Source of the DNA: Fibrobacterales bacterium
Lineage (GTDB): Bacteria > Fibrobacterota > Fibrobacteria > Fibrobacterales > JAOPTW01
Direction: 5' to 3'
NCBI GenBank assembly: GCA_051532035.1
Contig: JAOPTW010000042.1
Coordinates: 12,418 to 58,474 of the forward strand
DNA length: 46,057 bases
Part shown: piece by piece, positions 37,785-46,057 of the stretch
How positions within the stretch are numbered: the stretch's first letter is position 1
Layout: each line of letters opens with the position of its first letter
Notes under the pieces: generated by a model
What the model was told of the DNA's origin: nothing
What the model saw: the letters and a program-made list of their open reading frames with translations, nothing else
Databases searched by the model: none
Position numbers and translations under genes: made by a program

Positions 37785-38068
37785 GGGTTCCTCCTTTAGT
37801 CACACCGTACACTTTTTCTTCTATTAAGTATACCATCAAACAGGGATTTTTAAAAGAGGTTTCCCCTCAAACCCAATATCTATAAGGCATTACAACAACT
37901 CGACAAAACTGGTACTGTTAATAATTTTTACACACTATCGTTTTTGATGTAAAACAGAGGTCACAGACTTGGGATATTAGTAAGCGAAGTGGCCAATTTG
38001 AGCATTATTAGAAGAATAGTTGTATTATTATAGTGCAGTATTTTTTTTAAAATTAGATGAGGTTTTAG

Positions 38069-39469
38069 ATGAAAAAGCTCACGACTATAACAGGTATCGC
38101 ATTAGCTATAATTGTCACCGGTATTGTACTATACAATAATTCAAAAACCTGTGACACCATTCCTCCCCTCAAAAAAGAAAGTGCACAAGATACCCCTATA
38201 CCCAGTGACAATATAATCGTTACTATCTGTGCATTAAAAGACCATAGTTTCGAAGTGGCGCTCCAACTCCTCAAAGAATCTGACTTTGAAAAACGCACCG
38301 GTATTGTAGTTAACGCAATTTTACTTGAATTCGAGCCGATGCTGCAAGCCCATGAGCTTGAACTCTCCTCTAAAAAAGGATTCTACGACATTGTGTCCAT
38401 CGATCAACCTTCACTGGGATACTATTTTACGCAAGGCTGGGTGCAGCCTCTCAATCCGTTTATGGAAAACCCCGCATTCCCTTCTCTTGACCTAGATGAT
38501 GTCGTATCGGTATTAAAAAAATCAGGGGGCGAATGGAACAATACACAGTATGCCATTCCCTTGGGCAGTTATGGCTCTCTTTTTACCTATCGATCTGATG
38601 TATTACAAGCCGCAGGCCTCAAGCCTCCCAAAACATTTAAAGAATTTAGAGACCATGCTCGAAAAATTAATACCCCTCCAACGATGTATGGAACGGCACT
38701 TTTTGCACACCTTGGCGAATATATCACGGCCGACGCTGCTCCGTTTCTCTGGTCATGGGGGGCAGGGCTTATCAATGGAAGTGATGTAACCATCCCCGGC
38801 CTGCCCAAATATCGCGTTGCCTGGGATACCCCCCAGGGGCTCGCTGCACTAGAATTTTATGCCTCACTCTACACCGAAGGCCTTACTCCCTCCAATACAC
38901 TCAATTTCGACCATGCACGCTATATTGGTGCCTTTCAAAGTGGAAAGGTCGCAATGGGCATTATGCCCGCAGAGGGAATCGGTGCCCCTATGGAGGATCC
39001 GGCAGTATCAAAAGTAATAGGAAAAATAGCCTATGCAAACCTACCGGGCAAACAACAACCCGATGGCTCCATTGGCCCACCACGGCCAGGGCTCGGTGCA
39101 CATAGTCTTGCAATAAACAGATATAGCACCCATGCACAAGAAGCCTATTTAGTGATCCAATATTTAACAAGTATTCAAATTGGTCAAGAATACATTAAAC
39201 GAGGGGGACGCCCTTTTCGCCTTTCACACTTCTCAAAAGATGCAATTAAAAAGTTTCCCTATTTAAAAGCAATACAAAAAGGAATGGAGACCGGTCGGTG
39301 TCGCCCTAATATCCCTGAGTACCCAGCAGTCAGTCATATTTTTTATACCGCATTCCATTCTGCGTTACAGCATGGAGCCTCAATATCAGAAGTGATGCGC
39401 GCAGCTGCGCAAAAAGCAAACACCGAAATACTCGAACCTCAGTACCCCAAAGGGTTATCCAATGAGTAA
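38069..39469 (+). CDS. Sugar-type extracellular solute-binding protein (family 1)
   Basis: FEK.TGI.V, YDIV..D, YAIP, YRSD, PPKT..E, FQSGK.AM, P.IPEY; overlaps the kinase start. Confidence 0.85.
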   Translation: MKKLTTITGIALAIIVTGIVLYNNSKTCDTIPPLKKESAQDTPIPSDNIIVTICALKDHSFEVALQLLKESDFEKRTGIVVNAILLEFEPMLQAHELELSSKKGFYDIVSIDQPSLGYYFTQGWVQPLNPFMENPAFPSLDLDDVVSVLKKSGGEWNNTQYAIPLGSYGSLFTYRSDVLQAAGLKPPKTFKEFRDHARKINTPPTMYGTALFAHLGEYITADAAPFLWSWGAGLINGSDVTIPGLPKYRVAWDTPQGLAALEFYASLYTEGLTPSNTLNFDHARYIGAFQSGKVAMGIMPAEGIGAPMEDPAVSKVIGKIAYANLPGKQQPDGSIGPPRPGLGAHSLAINRYSTHAQEAYLVIQYLTSIQIGQEYIKRGGRPFRLSHFSKDAIKKFPYLKAIQKGMETGRCRPNIPEYPAVSHIFYTAFHSALQHGASISEVMRAAAQKANTEILEPQYPKGLSNE

Positions 39470-41408
39470 ACCAAAAATGAACAATACCCGTTCATTAAGA
39501 CTGGGAACCAAAGTAACGCTCTCAGTTGCAATTGTTCAAATAGTGCTCCTCTCTATCGCAGCGTGGCTCTATATTGGCCAATTAAACCACGACAATAGAG
39601 AAATTATAGAATGGCGTTCTCAGACTATTAGCAAAATTTTACAAAAACGTGTTGTTGATTTAAGTGGCTATACCGCAGAGATGCAACAAACACTCGGACT
39701 GAATATTGACTGTCACAATGTAATAAAATCAAATACCGAGCAGGATATAACCCATGTCGGTGTGTTTGGAACAGATGGCACCATTATTACCTATACCGAC
39801 GAATCTGCATGGAATGCTATTCGTACTCATACTCTATTGAATGACTTCTTCAAAAACGCCTCTATACAGACAATAACTACCGATGTATCGTATCATGTGT
39901 TAATCCCTGTGGTAAATAACAATAATCGCCCCATCGCAGCCATTGACATTGGCATTTCAAAGAAATCAATTGATGACGCCATCTTCAATATCGTGCTCTA
40001 CACCGGTATCTCATTTTTCGTATTCTTACTCCTCTCATTTGGCCTCATTAGCCTACTTCTAAAACATTTTGTCACAAAGCCGGTAACCCAACTCAGTGAC
40101 GCAGCGCAATCCTTTGCCCAGGGTGGTGCCCATGTTAGCTTTAGTATTAACCGAAGTGACGAGATCGGGGCCCTTGCAGAAAGCTTTGCGGATATGCATA
40201 CAACTATTAAAAAACAAATTTCTGACATTAATGAAACAAGGAACAACCTCTCAAGCATTATCAATTCCATGCCCTCTATCCTCATAGGTGTGGATACTGA
40301 TGGCACAATTACCCAATGGAATAATGGTGCCGTCACGGCATCAGGGATTGAATCAAAAAGAGCTGTGGGCCTTCAGCTCGGTGCAATATACCCCCCTTTA
40401 GCTGCAGAAATGGATCGCGTACATGAAGCAATTAAAACAGGCCGAGAACAACATGACCCCAAGCGTTTTACTATCGTGAGTGGCCAACATCATTATGAAG
40501 ACCTTACCATATTTCCACTCGTAGGAAATGGCATACAAGGGGCAGTTATTCGCATTGATGACGTGACCCAGCGGGTAAAACTCGAAGAGTTGATGATTCA
40601 ATCAGAGAAAATGCTCTCACTCGGTGGTCTTGCGGCAGGCATGGCTCACGAGATAAATAATCCACTTGCGGGGATTATTCAAAACACAAATAACCTAAAA
40701 AACCGGTTAACAAACTCTGAGTTACCCGCGAATAAAAGCATTGCAGAGGACATTGGTCTCTCTCTCTCGGAATTGAATGAATATATGGAAAGGCGTGATA
40801 TAGTACGCATGATAGACGCCATAAAAGAGGCAGGCAATCGAGCGACAACCATTATCACCAACATGCTTAATTTCTCACGCCAAAATGACAATATCCGCTC
40901 TTCTGAAGATGTACCGCATATGATTGATACAGCCATCGAACTTGCAGAATCTGATTATGATCTAAAAAAATCGTATGATTTTAAAGCAATACGATTTATT
41001 AGGGATTATGAAGACGACCTTCCCTTAGTCCCTTGCGAAGTATCAAAAATTCACCAGGTCCTATTGAATATTCTCCGTAATGGCGCACAAGCCATGAGTG
41101 AACACTATGCGGAACAGAAAGAAACGAATACAGACATTGAACCGCCGACTTTCACACTCCGCACCAGAAATGATACAGAAAAGTCCATGGTCTGTATTGA
41201 GATTGAAGACAATGGACCCGGTATCGATAGGGAAACTCAAAAACGTATATTTGAACCATTCTTTACGACGAAACCAGTAGGATCAGGAACAGGCCTCGGG
41301 TTAAGTGTCTCATTTTTCATCATAAGCGAAAATCATGATGGTGAAATGATCGTAGAATCAACCCCTGGAGCCGGTACAAAATTTATAATACGCTTGCCCA
41401 TAGTATAA
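39462..41408 (+). CDS. Sensor histidine kinase (TM-HAMP-PAS-HisKA-HATPase)
   Basis: DEIG.LA HAMP; PAS; SEKM.SLG.LAAGMAHEINNPL; QV.LN..RN, DNGPG, FEPFFTTK, GTGLGL. Confidence 0.95.
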   Translation: MSKPKMNNTRSLRLGTKVTLSVAIVQIVLLSIAAWLYIGQLNHDNREIIEWRSQTISKILQKRVVDLSGYTAEMQQTLGLNIDCHNVIKSNTEQDITHVGVFGTDGTIITYTDESAWNAIRTHTLLNDFFKNASIQTITTDVSYHVLIPVVNNNNRPIAAIDIGISKKSIDDAIFNIVLYTGISFFVFLLLSFGLISLLLKHFVTKPVTQLSDAAQSFAQGGAHVSFSINRSDEIGALAESFADMHTTIKKQISDINETRNNLSSIINSMPSILIGVDTDGTITQWNNGAVTASGIESKRAVGLQLGAIYPPLAAEMDRVHEAIKTGREQHDPKRFTIVSGQHHYEDLTIFPLVGNGIQGAVIRIDDVTQRVKLEELMIQSEKMLSLGGLAAGMAHEINNPLAGIIQNTNNLKNRLTNSELPANKSIAEDIGLSLSELNEYMERRDIVRMIDAIKEAGNRATTIITNMLNFSRQNDNIRSSEDVPHMIDTAIELAESDYDLKKSYDFKAIRFIRDYEDDLPLVPCEVSKIHQVLLNILRNGAQAMSEHYAEQKETNTDIEPPTFTLRTRNDTEKSMVCIEIEDNGPGIDRETQKRIFEPFFTTKPVGSGTGLGLSVSFFIISENHDGEMIVESTPGAGTKFIIRLPIV

Positions 41409-41576
41409 TGGACACATGGTGGTGTATCCCTCTTTTAATGGGCTGTAATAATTCCAAAAGAGTAAGTAATTGATAATGAGGGCATTGGTTAACAAAGGGA
41501 CCCGCAAACATTTGTATATTCATGCGGCACTATCCATACTGGATAGCAGTGTACATAAGAACCTTCAGGTGCCCAA

Positions 41577-41930
41577 ATGACCAAACGCGATATCGAAACA
41601 ATAGAAGACATTACCCTCTTTTTAACCAGCTTTTATGCGCAACTGACCGTTGATGAACGAGTAGTCCATATATTTGAACCAATCAATATGGAAGAACACA
41701 TTGTACAAATTGCGAAATTTTGGGCTGGTCTTATACTCCAACAACCTGGATTTCAGGGCAATCCAATGGCCAAGCATTTCCCTTTGGGGCTCACGGCCGA
41801 ACATTTTGAGGTATGGCTCCACTACTTCCGATTAAACATCCGTAACCATTTTGAAGGCCCCAAAACCGAAGGCGCTATTTTAGATGCAGAAGCAATCGGC
41901 GGCAATTTCAAACGCCGCCTTGGTCTGTAA
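41577..41930 (+). CDS. Group III truncated haemoglobin
   Basis: DI...EDI....FY, IF, H...I..FW, GNPM.KH..L....F..WL..F. Confidence 0.85.
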   Translation: MTKRDIETIEDITLFLTSFYAQLTVDERVVHIFEPINMEEHIVQIAKFWAGLILQQPGFQGNPMAKHFPLGLTAEHFEVWLHYFRLNIRNHFEGPKTEGAILDAEAIGGNFKRRLGL

Positions 41931-41938
41931 GTCTTTCG

Positions 41939-43186
41939 TTAATCCATAACACAACGAATTGAATGAGCTCTACTTGAACTAAACTCATAAGAAGTAGCAA
42001 TACTTAACCATGAATGCAGTGTCCAGACATACCGATAGTCCCCCGTTGTCGCAATCGAAGAACTCCACCAATTACCATCACGGCCTAAATCAGAATAGGC
42101 TCCATCATACTCTCTTGCTCCTCCGGCGAGTCCATCAAAACCGAATTCATCAAACCCATTACCATCCCCCTTGGTAATACCCGTAGTATTCCAACTCCCC
42201 ACTGATTTGAGGCTCATTCCTTCTGATTCACCAACAAAAGATCGAACATATGTTTGTAATACTCCCCATTCAGCATAGGTTGGTAGGTGCCAGCCCGTTG
42301 GGCAAATACCTTGAAAAGGAGTAGTCTGGCTTTCACTATCTGAAAGAAGCCGTAAAGCTGTTGCATTGCTATCAATAGCTGCATTCCACTCATACAAACG
42401 CCCATAGGTATCGCAGTTTGCCGTTGAATCGCCATAACAATACGAATCTTCCGTGATAATGTTCAGATTTGCTGCCATCCACTTTTGGGTACCTATGGTT
42501 GCAACAGGATACTCCTGATTATCACGAGCATCAGTCATTATACTCCGCTGTATGGGAGTAGTTACTAGTGGCGCATCAATAAAATTATCAAAATTGAGAG
42601 AGCCCTTAAGAGTGGCAATTACGACGTCACTTTCCGGTTTGTTTGTCATATAGTTAATAAGAAAGATATCAATTATAATCTCATCAAAAGAGTATTCAAT
42701 AAACTCCTGAACCATATAATATCCAACCCGCTGTACTCCGTTAACCGTATCGACAAAATTTGCACGGGTATACTGGTAGGCAATAAAAGGAACCGGCTCT
42801 GTGCCAGTTATGGTGTCAAGAGTCGTAATGTAGGACGGTTCCTCGTCGAAGTATCCAATGGCATCTAATGTTGTACGCAGGTTTTTTGGATTATTTTTTC
42901 TGCGAAACGAGATAGTTATATCTTTTGACCATGTATGAGAAGAATCTTGTTTCACTTTAAAATCAGGGGCATCAGAAGAGTCTATTATTGCACCTATTGG
43001 CCGTTTAAAGGTGATTCCCCGGATTGAATCAGTTACATAGAGAGTTGTATCTATAAGGTATTGAGTTTGAGATGACGATGAAACATCTTCCGCCATAGGT
43101 GAACTTGAGAGAGCAAGGCTTATGGGTGTCGATTCTGAGCATCCTAAAATGAGGGTTCCTAGTATTAGTGATATAATGAACTTCAT
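41939..43186 (-). CDS. FISUMP domain lipoprotein
   Basis: ILGC lipobox; DARD.Q.Y....IG.Q.WMA.NL, YGRLY.W, GICP.GWHLP, WWSS, SIRCV. Confidence 0.88.
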   Translation of the reverse strand: MKFIISLILGTLILGCSESTPISLALSSSPMAEDVSSSSQTQYLIDTTLYVTDSIRGITFKRPIGAIIDSSDAPDFKVKQDSSHTWSKDITISFRRKNNPKNLRTTLDAIGYFDEEPSYITTLDTITGTEPVPFIAYQYTRANFVDTVNGVQRVGYYMVQEFIEYSFDEIIIDIFLINYMTNKPESDVVIATLKGSLNFDNFIDAPLVTTPIQRSIMTDARDNQEYPVATIGTQKWMAANLNIITEDSYCYGDSTANCDTYGRLYEWNAAIDSNATALRLLSDSESQTTPFQGICPTGWHLPTYAEWGVLQTYVRSFVGESEGMSLKSVGSWNTTGITKGDGNGFDEFGFDGLAGGAREYDGAYSDLGRDGNWWSSSIATTGDYRYVWTLHSWLSIATSYEFSSSRAHSIRCVMD

Positions 43187-43464
43187 ACAGTTTCCAATAT
43201 TAAAAAGAGGTTAAAGTTATATAGTAGTAATATATAACTCTATCGTGTAATTAAGATTTAGAAGACAAGAGACCATCCGAATCTAGATTTTTAGAAAAGC
43301 AGTATTTAAACGTAAGGCTTTATAGTGAAAAATCACCCCCACCTCCATATAAACACTATAGAAACAGAACCAACACATCCACCCTCCTCAATCACCCCTC
43401 CAGCTCAGCACACTCACCCCCAAATTCTATATATGTGGTTACACATTTAGGGGGAAACAAGCAC

Positions 43465-44478
43465 ATGTCACTTTACACTCACATAATCCTTTGCGCCTTG
43501 GTATCAATACTCATAGGATGCACCGATAATATGCGCCTCGAGACTGCAGTCTATTCCTCATCAGCAAACCAAGCCAGTTCAAATGAATTGATTATGTCGG
43601 GTAATTCGGTACCACCAGTTGTAACAGACCCAATAACCATCATAAAAAACTTTAGTTCCACCCCAGAGGAAGACTCTCCCGAAGAGATACTTGTCAGCTC
43701 TAGTAGCTCAGAACCTCAGACGCCACTCTCTTCTGTCTATAGCTCAAGTAGTGCTGCCCCCCTCTCGAGCGACCAAGTCAGTTCCTCTTCAGACTCAGAA
43801 CCTGCCCATACCTTAATCACCAACGATTCAATGTATGTGCTTTTTAAAGAAGACGACATTAACCCCGATAGTGCGGTATATTTTGACACTGATAGTATCG
43901 GCGGCCAAATTGGCATATTCAGTAGCTCGAATTATGCTGGAGCGACAATGCTCTATGAAGACACCGACTCTACCACACACGATGGCTCGTATGCGCTTCA
44001 CTATATTGGAACCAAAAGCTGGGGGGGCGTCGCCTTTGCCTTTGGCGATAGCCTCACTGACACAAGAGACCTCTCCTACTGGAGTGATGCAACCCTCTAT
44101 TTTGATATAAAATCGACTTTCATTCCACAAATTGAGTTTGAATGGGGCTCTGAAACTACTGGTGACACCAATACACTGGCAATCTGGCTCGATACATTAG
44201 GTCTTAAGGATGACAATGAATGGACGTCCCTTGCGATTCCGTTGACAGAGTATTTTCTTCCTGAACACCTTGAAGAGATGCGTATTATTGCGAAGTTCTC
44301 TAAAGTGGCCACCGATGACTATGAGCTTAAGTTTGGTGGAGCATTTACACCACCGCATCTTAAATCGCCAGAGCAAGGAGCTGAGTTCTTTTTGGATAAT
44401 GTGTATATTGGGGGGAAGCCTACGATTGATTGTTATTCTGAAGATAGTGTTGAGTATTGTCGGGGGGTTGAGGAGTAG
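43465..44478 (+). CDS. Lipoprotein with probable carbohydrate-binding beta-sandwich domain
   Basis: LIGC lipobox; Ser-rich linker; G..AL, WGG, RDLS.W....L.F.IK, W....IPL..Y, F.LDNV. Confidence 0.7.
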   Translation: MSLYTHIILCALVSILIGCTDNMRLETAVYSSSANQASSNELIMSGNSVPPVVTDPITIIKNFSSTPEEDSPEEILVSSSSSEPQTPLSSVYSSSSAAPLSSDQVSSSSDSEPAHTLITNDSMYVLFKEDDINPDSAVYFDTDSIGGQIGIFSSSNYAGATMLYEDTDSTTHDGSYALHYIGTKSWGGVAFAFGDSLTDTRDLSYWSDATLYFDIKSTFIPQIEFEWGSETTGDTNTLAIWLDTLGLKDDNEWTSLAIPLTEYFLPEHLEEMRIIAKFSKVATDDYELKFGGAFTPPHLKSPEQGAEFFLDNVYIGGKPTIDCYSEDSVEYCRGVEE

Positions 44479-44572
44479 GTTTTTCTATTCTTTCTCTTTC
44501 TCTCTTACTTTTTCTATGTAACTTTTTCTTGTTCTTCTATTTTCACCTTTTCCTTTTTTCTAATCCATAACT

Positions 44573-44990
44573 CCCAGGGCACCTGCATTGTACATCCAAT
44601 GATTATTTGTGGCTCCACAGAAGAATTTAACCAATAATCATCGTGCACCATGAGACGTTTAAACCTTACTGCTGTGATTGATTGGAGCTGTACTTCATTA
44701 AGCTTTATTTGATCCTATGGAGAGCGCTGCATACTGTGAGATGTGCTTCGCACATGAAAAAGAAAACATTCGGACGCAGAATTCCTAAAATATTCTGCGT
44801 CCGACCCCATGGTGTGGAGCACTTAATACATTACAACCGCGACCTTACAAAACACGAATATACTATGATGTACAAATTACCTAAAACACAACTGAAAGGT
44901 TAAAACGCGACCATGTACATGATGATATTTTATCCTCAGTAATAGAGGCGCCACTATTCTATTCGGGTGTGCAGTGCAGTGTAACCTGGG
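44573..44990. repeat. Long imperfect inverted repeat (fold-back)
   Basis: Perfect 13-bp stem 44770-44782/44792-44804 at the centre; outer arms complementary in near-constant register. Confidence 0.8.
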
Positions 44991-45063
44991 CCCGATGTAC
45001 AAAGCATTTGTAATGAAGCCCTCAGCAGAGTGCCTTTTATTCGTCAGCAAACATTGCTTCCTC

Positions 45064-45168
45064 ACCCTACGGGTTTGCCTTTGGCAAATGCTAAATGCTC
45101 TCGCATTTAGAGGTCCAGTCTTTTGGGCACCCAAAAGGTCTGGCCGAGTCCAGGGCGGGGGCCCAGGG
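45064..45168. other. Cluster of short hairpins (REP-like or structured RNA/ssDNA)
   Basis: TTTGCC-ttt-GGCAAA; CTAAATGC-tctc-GCATTTAG; CTTTTGGG-ca-CCCAAAAG within CCAG..CTGG. Confidence 0.55.
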
Positions 45169-45507
45169 AATAATGCATAAAAAACAAAAAAACACCCCCA
45201 CCACACCGCGTCCCAAATACCACAAGATAATATCATGAAACATACCCATCATTAAACTCAATACAACCCCGACCCAACAAGAAATATCATCAAACAAGCC
45301 ACAAAAAAAACTTTATAAAGCGGATTTAAGCACATTTAAAAACGACCAACAAATCACGCCACTAACGCAAACAACAATGCTTACCCCAACAAACAAAACC
45401 AGTTACGATATACCACATTTATGTTAGTATTAGTGTTATAAATAGAATAAGAGAGCTACTATAGAGGGTCACACTATTTATGACATGCTTCTTAAAGGAG
45501 GAACATA

Positions 45508-45984
45508 ATGCGAAAAGACAAAAATCCTTCTAACAATCCGGAGCGAGAGGCTGAGTCTAAAAAAAATACTTACGTACAAACAGACAAACGCGGTAAAATA
45601 CTCGTTATGGATGACGAGGAATTTATTCAAGAAATTTTAAATGAAATGTTAAAGCTCAATGGTTATACTGTTGAACTTTCTTCTGACGGTGATAGCGCAA
45701 TTCGTAAATATAAAGACGCACTCGATGCCAAAGAACCCTTTGAATGTATCATTTTAGATTTAACGATCCCCGGAAAAAAAGGGGGCAAAGATACGATCTC
45801 TGAGATTAAGAGCTTTGATCCTAACGTATCGGCAATTGTAACCAGTGGCTATTCTAATGATCCAGTCATGGAACAGTATTCACAGTATGGGTTTAAAGCG
45901 ATACTCTCCAAACCATTTTCTATTGATGAATTACTCAAAACTATAGCGGAAATTACCCATCATGACCTACATCATACTCCATAA
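45508..45984 (+). CDS. Stand-alone response regulator receiver protein
   Basis: ILVMDDE, ILDLTIPG..GG, IVTSGYS, KPF; AAGGAGG RBS. Confidence 0.9.
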   Translation: MRKDKNPSNNPEREAESKKNTYVQTDKRGKILVMDDEEFIQEILNEMLKLNGYTVELSSDGDSAIRKYKDALDAKEPFECIILDLTIPGKKGGKDTISEIKSFDPNVSAIVTSGYSNDPVMEQYSQYGFKAILSKPFSIDELLKTIAEITHHDLHHTP

Positions 45985-46057
45985 GAGCACTATCCCGCTT
46001 ATAGAACACTGTATAAGAGTATTAGTAGTATCAACCCTGACATTTTTTCTATATAGT

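Noticed and set aside
41939..42130. Second DGR variable region in this FISUMP gene
   Set aside because: Several A-ending codons (GGA GGA GCA AGA) and no AAY-derived pattern.
44682..45297. Four short ORFs in the last large intergenic region
   Set aside because: No recognisable motifs; they overlap the inverted-repeat structure on both strands.

Overview
AT-rich bacterial window, most likely Fibrobacterota (inferred from 7 FISUMP/Fib_succ_major domains in 5 genes, 3 TIGR02147-family genes and a fibro-slime lipoprotein). It is an accessory, surface-protein-rich region. Most genes encode lipoproteins or secreted proteins with Ser-rich linkers. A signalling cluster lies at the right end (MCP, cNMP-binding protein, SBP plus histidine kinase, truncated haemoglobin, REC protein). 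I found no rRNA, tRNA, CRISPR array, or intact transposase, integrase or reverse transcriptase. The most interesting signals: (1) the 3' end of a discoidin-collagen-FISUMP gene (15561-15731) looks like a diversity-generating retroelement variable region whose template and RT are not in this window; (2) a ~420-nt non-coding fold-back at 44573-44990, followed by a hairpin cluster; (3) TIGR02147 regulator/lipoprotein coupled pairs, one with a phased GTGCAC palindrome array upstream; (4) a mosaic family of intergenic repeat modules tied to IS3-like and Rpn-like remnants; (5) a solitary attC-like site with a cassette-like pseudogene; (6) FNR-, CRP- and WYL/PafBC-type promoter boxes. All family calls come from reading motifs by eye, not from database searches.
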